Assembly (NCBI GenBank): GCA_012295275.1
Contig: CM022674.1
Span: 6,882,001 to 6,946,000 of the forward strand
Direction of reading: 5' to 3'
DNA from: Chrysomallon squamiferum
Lineage: Eukaryota > Animalia > Mollusca
DNA length: 64,000 nt
Position numbers and translations under genes: made by a program. The notes under the pieces are model-generated. The model did not search any database. It was not told the origin of the DNA and worked only from the letters and a program-made list of their open reading frames with translations. This document shows positions 12,250-25,422 of this stretch, in pieces. Within the stretch, counting starts at the first letter, position 1, and the number at the start of each line of letters is the position of its first letter.

Positions 12250-13284
12250 CATATCGATAAAGAAATCCTCAAAGAAGTTTAAACGAAATTTTCATTATTT
12301 AGGAGCAGTTACAAATGCTTGAAATATCCTGATTTGTTATTCTCTTTTAATAATTTATGGTTAATGATACATACCCAAACTGGTTTAACCTAGGGAAGGT
12401 TGGAACACCCTTGGATGCCTATGCAACATAAACAAGATAAATAAATGTGATTTAACGCAAAATATTTTCAACTGCAACTGATCAACATTTAAATAAAACC
12501 AGCAACATAAAATCTACTGAACAATTGAATGCGCCTTTAAAATGCTGCTGTTATACCTTCTTTTTTTTAAATGATGTTTTGTTCATGCTTTTTAAATGTT
12601 TATCTCGTATAAGTAAAGGAAATATGATAAGAAAGCTTCACGAATAGCTAAAATATTTGTTTTCTATTGAGACTGAGCAGTCGGCACTGAAATAGAGTTT
12701 ATGACACCAAAGCTTTCAATACGAATCTCGTGGATTAACGTTGACAAGATTTAACCGTCTCCAGAATAGCGTTCCAAATATTTATGTATTTTTGTTTGTT
12801 GTTGTTGTTGTTGTTCTTGTTTATTGGTTGTTGTTGTTTTCGATTTCCGTTTTGTTTCATTTTTAGTTTTGGCATTTTACTGTTGTTCAAAATGAAAATA
12901 AAATAGTGAAATATGAATAACCTTTTACCTTTTTTTTTTATCTTTATTATTATGTTTTTCGTTATTGTTATTTTTGTACTGTTACTTATTTCTAACAATA
13001 AAAGACATAAAACTGTTTAACAGAATGAATCTCCCGCTCTCAAAAACATCAATTACACCACGAACTGTGATTAATTTGAGCACCGGAACCGGAAACCGTC
13101 TAACAGTCACTCCAAATTGTTTGATCCCATTAGTAATGACGCACCAGTTTTGAAAAGCTTTAAAATAAAAAATTAACGTGGCACTTGACTGGAACAATAG
13201 TTAATAATAATTTATGCCTAAACATGAACGAATTAATAATTTTATAATACTAATAAAACAGGCTTAGAATATAATCATTAAGAT

Positions 13285-13373
<89 letters not shown>

Positions 13374-14762
13374 AATAAATAAATAAATAAATTAATTAAT
13401 TAAAGAAAATATCTCATATATATATATTTTTTAAAGCCACATAAAAACAAGTTTTCCTTTCACAATAGTTTTATTCAATTACACTTTCATTAGATATAAA
13501 CAATTGTGTAATTAAGTAAAACAAATACAAATACATAAACATAACAGATTTAACCTGAATCCACTAGAAAGAAAAAATTCAAAATACATTTACATCACTT
13601 TGATTCATTCCACATGACATAAACCTTTGCCAACAATGAAGTATTAAACAAAAACCATATTTGCTTGCATTTCATTTTATGTAAATATGTAAACCAAAAT
13701 GTAAAGCAGAAAACCAACTACTGTACCAAGATTTACTCAGTTCAACAAGATTATTTTACCTATCTAAAACCATGTGGTAAAAAGACAAGAAAGTTAACAA
13801 GGTTTCATGCTTTCTCATTCATTTTGTAGACATATTTTACTGTTAGCAAAGAATGGTTATTCTCTAACAAATAAAACAGTGTGATGAAAATCTGCATTTA
13901 ACCAAAGGTACTCTTTAAATATGTTACAACAGATCTTTTTTTTTCATAATCATTTTAACACTATAGTGATGACTAATAAATTAATAAAATGAAAAGTACA
14001 CTTTATATATACAGTCAATGGTTTCTTTCATTAGTCATGATTATATAGTGGTTAAACTGTTGAGCTTAACAATGACAGTATCAAATCCTCATAACAGCTC
14101 TAAATTCTTTCTCTTTTGGTGATTTTAAAAGGCTGATCGATTGTCATGGGTTCTACAGTGATTATGCATTTTTCATATATCTGTTTTAATCTTTTATTAT
14201 GAGATTTGGTTGTGGAGAAGTAAATAGTACATTTAATGATATGAGTGAGGATTGATGAAGAAAGAAGAAAAATGTGTATGACAAAAATAGACACAGATAT
14301 GTATTTTTTTATATATATATATACACACACATACATACATACATACATATATATTTAATAAAAATAAATTAAAAAAACAATAACTTTAAAGATTTAAAAC
14401 CTTTTAAAACAATCACATGTAAATATTCAATATAAGCATATATTTATCTTAAATTTTAATGTAACCATTGTATTTATAATACTTAGTTATATTATACCAA
14501 TACTTTTGTTTTTAAATAAATAAATATCAATAAAATAAATTAAAAAAACAGATAAAAAACAACAAAATAATAATAAAACAAGTCAAAAATAAAAGGAATT
14601 CACAATGAGTCAAATTTAAATAAATAATAAAATAAAATAAAAATGATACATATAATGGCAACTTTTCATCAGAAAAATATTACTTTACACTCTGTTTTTT
14701 TTCTCCAGCATGTTAGTTCTAAATCTGAGATTTTATTTTTCTATTTTAAAACCTTTTTAATG

Positions 14763-16434
14763 CTATATTGGCAAAGTGCTAGTCACAGTTTTTGATGTGA
14801 CACCGTAACAGATTTTCGAGAAGAACTTTAAACCTGTTTGTCCTCCTGGAATGTAGCTGACTATGTACCTGAAAAAAATACATGTAAATAATTTAATAAA
14901 TAAATGTTTCAAAAAATTAATTAATTAATCAAATTACATATTTCTTATTACCAATATTTAATAGTATATTGCATGGCCTTAACTAGACTCTGTTTGAAAT
15001 GAAACAAAGCACTTAATTGCTGATCGGAGTAGGGCAAAATATTTTGGCAGCAGGTTTTGGGGAAAATTAATTAAGTGGATATTGTTTCTATTGGAACAGA
15101 GATTTATATTTTATATTTTTTAAATAAAACCTTTGTATAAATTAAAAAAAATCATCAATTTGCCTCACTATAGTTACGGCCATGTATTGTCCATAACTTA
15201 CAGTAATTATTCTTAATAATAAACACATCTAATTTAAATAAATGATTATTGGAATTATTTTAATAAAATGCTTACCAAACTAATGCAACTATCTGCAAAA
15301 TGGCAAATAAAATTGTAAAAATAGTGCTCTTGGCCTGAAAAATAAAATAAAATTTAGTGATTTTACACTTTAATTTATTAATTAAATAAAGCAACACACA
15401 CAATTTCTCTCTCTTACACACACATATATATAAAGAGAAAAATTAAAATTGAGCAATTATTATAATGTTTTAACACATTGCACATCAATAACTGTATGTT
15501 CACATAATTTAACAGAAATAACCAAAGTTGCAACAGTTGGACACAAAGGAGGCAAAATGTACTTCCACATGATATTGAAAAAAACAGAAGGCAACCCAGG
15601 TTACAAGTATGGCAAAGTTTAGAACAAAATGACAAGTATTTCACCCAGGTTTCCCCTCTAGCATGAACCAAGAGATAAAATATCCATCACAAATAATAGA
15701 TTTACTAATAAAATAAAATGTAGACCACATACCCACATGGAGAAGTAAATTGTTGCTAACAAAGATCCAAAATAGGCTGCAGTGAATGGAAGTCGTCCCA
15801 GCGAAAACAAATGTTTCACATGATTAACTGGTCCCCACAGAAATGAAAAACTAAAACAGAATAAAATAAAAATGAATAAAAATCACAGGTGATAAATTAA
15901 ATAAATAAATAAATAAATAATAGATTATAAACTGAAGATTGGATTTTTCTTACTGTCTTCATTTATTATTATTTTATATTTAAATGAAATATCTAAACAC
16001 TTTAGATTGCTTTAGTATTGTAAAATTTCATGTCTGGGAAACTGGATTTGATTATGAGAATAAATACTAAGTTGTTTTCTGCATGATATGTAAGTATAGT
16101 AAAGCAAATTACGTAAACAAACTAAAGACACTGGTTTTAAGTTAAAACTCTGTGGATCTTAATACTACAGTCAAACTGGGGTGTATACAAAAAGTTTACA
16201 CAATATTTGGAAATTTGATATGATTGTTTAACTTGGGTACCTGAAGATAACAAACAAACTGCCAAGTGTGTACAACACAGCAAATTTTCTCGCCTTCAAA
16301 ATGAGAAGAGGAAGATAAAGGCTTGCCTGAAATATATTAAATTAGAAATAATTTCTCTTATCAAATAACTGTTACTTAGTAAAAAGGAGGGAAAACTGTA
16401 TGATTATATGATATATATATATATATAAAAAAGA

Positions 16435-16467
<33 letters not shown>

Positions 16468-16785
16468 GATTTTTAAGTGTTTTTTAAATCTGTTTACTAA
16501 AGTAATTTAAATACATTCTATTATTGATGTTAATTTACATATTCTTTCTTTTATTAGAAAAATATACTTTAGAATAATTATTCAAACTGCTGCTACAATT
16601 TATAAGTAATTTAATTAAGTTCATTTATATCTGTGCATGTTTGAGGATCAGGAGATTTTATAAACAGCATATTATTATATGCATGCCTATATCAATATAT
16701 ATATATATATATATATATCTTTATTTTATCAGTTTATGAATTATTAAAAATTTAAGAAGAAAAACATATTCATAAATGAGTAATA

Positions 16786-16838
<53 letters not shown>

Positions 16839-17202
16839 CTTACAACAGAAAAACAGAATGTACCCATAAGAAGACAGGTGAAAAAGCCAAGAATCCTTTG
16901 TTTTTTCGACTGAAATTTCAGAAATGTATAAAGAAATGTCATTACATTATTATTAAACAGTTTGTTTTCTGTTCAAAAACTGTTCAACCTCTCCAATTAA
17001 CAGTGACCATTTTCAAAGTATATTCTGTATCCATTAAGAATTAATATCACTTACAAGTAATTTAAGTAATTAAACTCATACAATGAGTGAATGACAGTTG
17101 ACTGGTGTGCCTCGGGGTATTTATCAGAGACTTCTTATTAATATTAAATTATTATACATCATTTCATTACATGAAACATTGAAAGCTTTAATTATTTATT
17201 TA

Positions 17203-17283
<81 letters not shown>

Positions 17284-17585
17284 TGCGATAAATCGTAGTT
17301 AAAAATAAAATTATAAGTAAGTTACATAATATTTTTTATCAATATGCTTTAATGTGTCATAATCATTCATACCAAACTTGGCAGAAGTGGATCGTTCTTC
17401 GCTATCGAAAACCATCCATTATTACTATTAGCAACAAGGGGTTCTTCGTCTCTTTCTTTCTTAAACCACCCCATGCCAGGAAGGTTACTTAATGATGTTG
17501 TTTTATTTGGTGACACATCACTGGAAGAGTTTGCAGTGGATGATTTTGAAAGATAATCTCTCAAACTTCTGTTTAAATCTGCCAT
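14763..17585 (-). CDS. SFT2D3: Vesicle transport protein SFT2C (Got1/Sft2 family), 6 exons, 215 aa
   Basis: Exons 17585-17373, 16909-16844, 16326-16241, 15850-15733, 15334-15276, 14868-14763 (GT-AG, 648 nt): MADLNRSLRDYLSK...LPSL|SKKQRILGFFTCLLMGTFCFSV|ASLYLPLLILKARKFAVLYTLGSLFVIFS|FSFLWGPVNHVKHLFSLGRLPFTAAYFGSLLATIYFSMW|AKSTIFTILFAILQIVALVW|YIVSYIPGGQTGLKFFSKICYGVTSKTVTSTLPI*. The MADLxRxLxxYL start, ARKFA motif and LPI end match SFT2D3 rather than SFT2D1/2. Alternative ATG at 17594. Confidence 0.92.
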
Positions 17586-18530
17586 GTTGTTCATGCAGTT
17601 ATATAAATTGAATTCGAAATATAATACGAAACGAAGTAATAAGACTGACGTAATATTAAGACGCTTTTTGATAATAGTAATACAAATAATAACACAACAA
17701 CAAATAAATGGCGCAATACTCTAACCGTTACAAGATAAATATTACGTATTACGTGCTTTCGCACTAATTTCAAATTAATCCGTGCAGTCAATGTAATTTT
17801 CACTGACTTCAACATTTGTCACAGATAAATCGTATTTGTCATGAGATGTAACGGTTTACTTCCTTTTTCTTTCTTTTATCTGTGATCACTATGTAAGCAT
17901 AGTGCACAATATGCAGAAGCTAGAACTGTGCGTTTCATGTTATTCTACTTTTTTAAATTTATATTTTATAAAAAGAATTCAGACTATCATTTGTAATCAA
18001 CAATTTCCAAGACATTTATAAACAGTATCAATCTATCATGCATTAAATTATTTCAGTGATATCAATTATATTATAGTCTATAGTTAATCCAAATTTATCT
18101 ATTGTCAATGAGAGTTCCGATTCGCAATATTCAGTTGCACATTTTATATGTAACTCAAACTGATACTAGTTGCTTGAAAAACACGACGTTTTACATTTTT
18201 AAAATGATAATATTACAGAAAAATTAAAAGAAATACGAACATTGTATAATTATATTTATTGTAATAATTTTATTTTATCCAACATTGTTAAAGCTATCCT
18301 TTTAGGAAGGGTACTTCAAAAATGGCAAAAATAATAATGAAACTATTATTTAGGATATATTGACGATTATAATATGTAATAATAATAATAAATCGTTGAC
18401 TGGTAACTGTCGACGTGGTTTCATTATTATATTAATAACGGGAACAAGCGGTACTAACTCGTGATGTTTGGTTTATTATTAGTCTCATGATGCATCAAAT
18501 GAGAATAAGACGAAAGCGCTCAAAATAATA
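17586..18530. promoter_or_regulatory. Divergent (head-to-head) promoter region SFT2D3 / PLEKHM2
   Basis: Start codons ~945 bp apart on opposite strands, with locally raised CpG and a YY1-like AAATGGCG near 17706. No TSS data. Confidence 0.55.
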
Positions 18531-19120
18531 ATGTCTAGTTCTTCTGATCGCATGCGATTGAAGGACAAGATAATTGCCAATATACAGAAAGCTATAAAAA
18601 GTGTAAGTACTATAATATCGTTTTATCAACTTTCCTGTGTTAGAAATAAACCTGGAATAACCTTTGTCTTGAATTATGAATGGAACTAAGAATTCAAAAA
18701 AAAAAAAAAAAAAAATAAAATAAAATAAATAAATAAAATGAAATTGACAGAAATTGAGAAAATGAGAAATGAAATTTTTTATTTATTTATTCACTTTAAA
18801 TTAATTTTGAATTATCATTCGTTTTCTCAAGACTATTAGTATTACTAGATATTTAATATCCGATTTATGTTGAGAATTTTAATTTTAAATAAAATTATTA
18901 AAAATCAACAAAAACAAAATCTTTCAATTTAAATTTTAAACCTGAAATATATTTTTTTTTTTTTTGCAGATACATGAAATTCAGTATTACAGTGGTTCAG
19001 AGAGCAGTTTAGTTTTATCTAATTCAGACAGACCTTGTAGGAAGCTGTGTGAAAATCTTGATCATGCTCTGCTTCATGGGTAATCAAGTTTGTCCACACA
19101 TGCAAACACCCCCACACACA

Positions 19121-19157
<37 letters not shown>

Positions 19158-20413
19158 GTTACTGAACTTAGAATATGTATTTTGTCACGGTTGCTAAGAA
19201 GAAAATGTCTTTGTTTTAATATTTTGTCTGTTGCCCCTTTTATCTTACTTTCTTCCTCTCTAGCCCTGTATGATTCGTCAGTTTAAATTTATAGTAAACA
19301 TGTATACGTATAAAGTCAAACTTGCTTTCATGACAACCTGTCTATGAAGAGCCACCCTGAGGTCCCCAACACCATTTTACTATATATTTTACCTCTGTAT
19401 GACAACCACCTGCTTAATGCATTTGTTAACACTTTTGTTAATACGAAAAATGCTACAGCTGTCACATTCATTTGGTTTTTTGTTGTTGTTGTTGTAAGTT
19501 ATCAAGAATTGTCATCAATCTTAAATTTGACAGCAGTCTTTTAATCTTCATTATAATTATTGTCAGTAACCTTGGTAGATGTTAAGTATAGGTAATTTGT
19601 AGGTACAGTCGTTTGTAATGAGTTCATGCTTGTGTTCTTTAATTAACAAGGTTTTACTATAGATTAATATTGCCTTAAGCTAATTGTCTGTGATCATTTG
19701 ATTGAAAGGTATTTAGCCTAATACAGCTGGAATTAAATATATCAAGAAGATGAAATTCATTAATACTGCTGCAGTTTATTTCTGAAATTTGGTTCCAAAA
19801 TGTCACCTGAATACCACAATCTGATTGCATTAGCACAAAAATTAAGGGTAAATGTCACTAAAAAATTAGTGGAAGACAAATTAAGTGGTAGAAAAATTGC
19901 AGAACAATTTAGGATAAATTGATCTCAGATTGATAGCATTTTAAAGAGAAAATAGGTGTTTCATTATTATTGTAACAATCAACCCTTTGAGAGATATGAC
20001 TTAGAAAAGTTACAGGTAATAGCGATATTAACCTGTTGGTTTTGAAATGGTTCCAAGGTGCTACTGCTAATAGAATAAATGTCAAGCTGTCTGGTAATCA
20101 AAAAGAAGGTGTTAAAATTTGCTGAAGATGTAGGAGCACAGAGTTTCAGAGTGTCAAATTGTTGGCTGGATTTATTCAGGTTTAGATGCAACATTGTCAC
20201 AGATGAATAAGTGGAGAACAAAGTAATATAAGTGACATTGCAGTGGAGGACAGGAAGTCAAAGTTGCCAGTAATGAGGATGCAATTGAGTATTTTTTGTT
20301 TAGGTTTTAATTAGGCTTCAGTGCATGTGTATTGATTCTTAATAATAACAATTATAATAATAACATGTTGTTTAAAATTTCCAGACTTCTTCTAATTCAC
20401 ATTTTTCCATAAT

Positions 20414-20462
<49 letters not shown>

Positions 20463-22424
20463 GCATATGTGCGTGTGCATGCATGTGTGTGATTAACCTT
20501 TGACTGAGAGTTAAATCCAGTTAAGTTTATTTATCTGTTTAGATTGCACAATGTCACCCATGGTTACTGGCGAATGGTTGCAGAATTCACCAGGAAGGAC
20601 ATTGTTAAAGATATTAAAAAGTTTGACAATGTTACCACTGATTTGGGAAGAGGTGAGCAAATTTTCTGTTTTCATAAACAATTATTTTTGTAACTGCAAT
20701 GATTATGTAATGGAATTTATTTCTTTAGTTTTTTTATTATTATTCTTATTGCTGGTTTGATGTCTTGTTATTATTATTATTTATTTATTTTTATTTCTTT
20801 TATATATAAAAATAAAAAATAAAAATATATTTTATTATTGTTGATTTTTTTTTTTTTTTTTTTTTTTTAATTATTTAGTCTTTATTTATTTTATTTCATT
20901 ATTTATTTTTGATTTTAGTATTATAGATTTTTTCTTGAGTATGTTCCTTTTCTCCAGTTCATAATATTTTATATATTTTGTAATATATATTTTATGTACT
21001 TTGAATATATTTTAAGTATATTTTTACATTTTATGTGTTTTTATATACATTTTATGTATTTTGATATATTTTTATTTGCCAATATTTAAAATAAAGTAAT
21101 TTCAACATTTACATGTTATATGAAAAAATTTCAAACAAAAATTTTTCAAAATTCAAAAATATGTAAATGAATAAACAAACAATCAAAAGAAAACCAAAAC
21201 ATACCCAAATAAAAAAAAAATGAAATGAAATAAAATGAAAAAAAAAAAAAAAAATTAAAATAAAATAAAATAATTAAATAAATACATAAAACTGATATGC
21301 TAGTCATCATATAAAAGAAATTCCTTTGGTGATGAAGACGCAGCACAGAAATAAATTTTTATCATCTAACAAAATTTTGTCACCGCTTGCTGTCACCATG
21401 TTCCTATTTATTTGACATTTGTTTACCAGGTCGAGCATGGCTGTTCATAGCTCTGAATGAGAACCTGCTTGAAAGTTACCTGAGATGTATCATGGACAGT
21501 TCAAAAATAGTGAAAAAGTTTTACCTGAAGGAGGCTCTTGTTCTTGATCAGCAGGTAAGCATGTCATCACTTTGTTTTTATTATGCATAAAAAGTAAAAA
21601 TATATTAATAAAAATACGAATGAAGTAAAGAAAGAAAGCTGAAGCTAAGTTAGAAAATTGAGGTCTGGAACATGGAGAGTGACAGAATCTGTTCTGATTA
21701 GTGGTTGGGCTGGGCAATTTTTTTATTTGCCAGTACCATGTTCCATCACTGGTTTATCATGTTGCTGATAGGAAGGAAAAAAGACTGTTATGTGATGACA
21801 GTGTGTTGATCTCTCACTATCTGTGTCAGATATTTGTCACTTTATTAAATAAAACATTTCTTCTTCTAACTAAATTAATCTTTAATGTCGTTCTTTCATA
21901 TTTATAATAATTCGTTATTTTGTTATAATTTTAATTTTAATTTTAATTTTTTTTCTTATTTTCAGAGGATGAATGTTCTACTGACACTAACAGCTGGGCT
22001 GGACTTTGCATGTTTTCAGCTTGATTATGTAAGTACATAAGTTACAACATATTTAATGAATTACTCACACATCTGAAATAAATTGGCCATGCCTCATTTC
22101 ACACAGTCATTTCAAAGCAAGATTATAAATTCTAATTTACATTATCAATACGTCCAGCTAGTTTATAAATACGTAAACCCTTAGGTGTCCAGTTAATTTG
22201 TACTTGATGGGCCTTGAGTTTGAGAACCAAATAAGCATTAGTTCACTTGCAGAAAAAAAGGTAATAGTGGAAACATTTGAGAAGGGTGGTAAAAAAAGGT
22301 TGATAACTGAAACACAAGAATGTGTTATATACTATTCCTAAGACTGACTTATGTATTGAGAAAATAGCTTTATTTATTGATGTATTTATTATTTATTATT
22401 ATTATTATTTTTTTATTATTAATC

Positions 22425-22471
<47 letters not shown>

Positions 22472-25387
22472 ATTTACTCTGGTCTTTTTTCTTGTTCCAA
22501 TGTTTTGTACTGTTAGAAAGTAAAAAAAAAGTACTTTTTGTTGTTCAGACTGTCCCCTACCTGGATTTGAGCACGTATCAGTCAGCTGGCTGTTCTTCAG
22601 AATCTCACTTGGAAGAAGAAGACATGTTTCACAGACTCAAGTGTTTCAGCTCTCACACAAGTCGGAGTACTAACGAGGTAAAACATTTACAATTTACACA
22701 AACATTTACTTTTTTCAGTTACAGGCCAGCTCTTTATAGTTTATTGTAGGCCTGTATTAAAAATTGGTAATTTTTATCTTTGTATTTATAATTTTTTCTA
22801 CTTATTTATTAAATATTCTCTTTTTTTCATTGACAGCCCTACCCATTATTACTTAATTTGATAGGCCTAAATAAATATTGGAAGTTCTAAAATGTTGGTT
22901 TTTTTATCTTGTTTTTATCTTAGTGTTTACTTTCATTTTTATTTATTTTTTAAATACTTTCTTACAAATTATTCAGACCTTAACTATATTCAGTGTGTTA
23001 AAAAATTTGGTTAACCCAAATACAAATTGGTAATCCCAGAATGTTAGGTTTTGTCATGTCTTTATGTTTCCTATTATTTTTGTTTATTTATTAATTATTT
23101 TCTTTATCATAATAAGAGAGCAGTTCTGAAATATTAATTTAATATTCATTTTTAATTATTTGGATTACTAGAACTCACAGTATGGTAGAAATTCATCAAA
23201 ACCTGACAGTGATAACGAAAGTGTTAACAGCATTGATGCTGCTGGGGCAGGAAGAAATGACAGAATGGGCACAGCCTCACTTTCAGTCGACTCTGGATGC
23301 CCATTGGACAGCAGTTGGTGCACCTTCCTTGACAACAGGCCACACCCCAACCGATGCAATTTCGGTTTCCAGCCAGGGTTCAAACCACGGTTCTGGAACT
23401 GAACAAGATTCTAGGATAAAACGAATTGATGCAATTCTTAGCGTTCCTGAAGACGGGGCAGGAACTGATGAAGATTTGGAAGTTATTAGGGTTACATCTC
23501 GTGGAGGGAAATTAAAGAAGAAAAAGAGGAAGAAGCAGGCAGAAGATACTTATTCAAAAATAAAAGACACTCAGGAAGAAAATGACAGTGGAAATGTCAC
23601 AAACGGATCTTCGGTTGATTTTAACGAATCTGAGCAAAAATCAGAAGTGAAAATTGATGATTCAGAACAAGGGGAAACAACTCCATTCAGTGGACTGTAA
23701 TAATGTTTCATCTTTAAACGACAGATCTCCTGGAGATGGTCAGGCAGATGAAATAGTGATAGTGAATGAAGAAGATTTAATAAAAAGTTTAACATCGCAG
23801 GTGTGTATTAATAATGAACTAATTTGGGCAGGTGAGACTGTTTCTGCTGCTGCTGCTGCAGTTGACACAGTAGACAACGTTAATGCGGAGTGTCAGAAAG
23901 AACATCATCACATTAAAGTTTTAAATGGTCCACAAGGTGACTGTGAATCATTACAGACAGATGAAAAAGAAATGTTGGGGAAAGAAACGACTGGATTAAA
24001 AACACAGACACATTTAAACGGATGCAGTTTAGAGTCGTCTGACTGCAGTGAAGAATCTGCACTCTGTGATAAAAAAGAAAAAAATGGTTCCCGCAGCACT
24101 TCCTGTGATGACAAAGGACTTTCTATGTGCCAAACGTTTAATCTGACGGAGGAGAGTAAAACAGGAGATTCGATTAATCTTCACGAAGACGAAGACATTT
24201 ACGAACATCGCAGTGAGAGTGAGAGTAAAGTGGGTCACACAAATTACTCGGACATGATCGATTTCATAGCTGAAGTTCCAGAGCAGACGCAGCTGGACGA
24301 ATCCGTTATGCAGGTGGACACGCCCACTAAGGATTATGGGATATAGTAAGCATTTTGAAAAATTGCTTTCTTCCTATATTTGCTTCATTTTTTTATTTAA
24401 AAAAAAATATAAAATAACAAATATATATTTTATTTATTATTATTTAAAAAAAAAAATGTTTTGTTGATTTTTTATGTCAATTTGGATGTTTTAAATAATA
24501 TGTATATTTATATGATTATTTTATTAATTGTTGTGTTTTTATTTATTCTGTTTCAGCTTGGACAACAATGCTTTACTACATCTGATGTTGAACGTTTTCA
24601 AAGATGAATATGAACAGCTACAAAAGGTAAAACTGTATATTTGTTTTACAAATCAAAGATATATTATTTCTTGTTGATTTTAAAAAATAATAAATAGAAA
24701 ATTGTGTAATAATCAGAACAACAAAATCACCACCTAGTGTATATAAAAATAAAAAAAGGAACAATTATATAATTAAATGTTTATTTTCAAACTAGATGCA
24801 GAAGTTTAGGCCAGAATTATTATTATTTTTTTTTTTTTGATCACTCCTTCATATATTTAAAATTAAAAATTAAAAAAATAAATTGATCTTTACATATGTC
24901 TGACACTAAAACAAAGCCAGACTAGCACAACATATGTTATTATCACTTCTCATATATTTAAAAGTAAGAACTGATATGATTTTGTATATGTATAATACTA
25001 GAAAAATGTATGCTATCACTCCCTCGAACATTTAGAAGTAAAAATTAATAATATTTGTATATTTACAGATGTTTGGTACAAGAGAAGGTCATGCTGAAGG
25101 TCAGGCTAGGACAATATTTGTTGTTATCACAGATAAGAGCATGTATCTGCTTCACCAGAGAGAGGCTGATCGACAGTTCAAAACTGATGCTGTGATTTCT
25201 TTCAAAGAAATTGACTTTGTTGCAGTAAGTATTTCATTTACATGTAATAAATAATTTGTTTTATTTATCTGGAATTTTTTACAAGAAGTTTATTGAAGAA
25301 GTTGTTGTTGTTTTTGTTTTTTTTGTTGCATTTCAAACTGAAGGTTCTGTTTAAAATGAAAAAAAAAAAAGGAAAAATTAAATTGGA

Positions 25388-25422
<35 letters not shown>

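Noticed and set aside
17723-17856. 10-bp inverted repeat AACCGTTACA/TGTAACGGTT in the SFT2D3-PLEKHM2 promoter
   Set aside because: Too short, with no target-site duplication or second copy; may be paired factor sites but unsupported.
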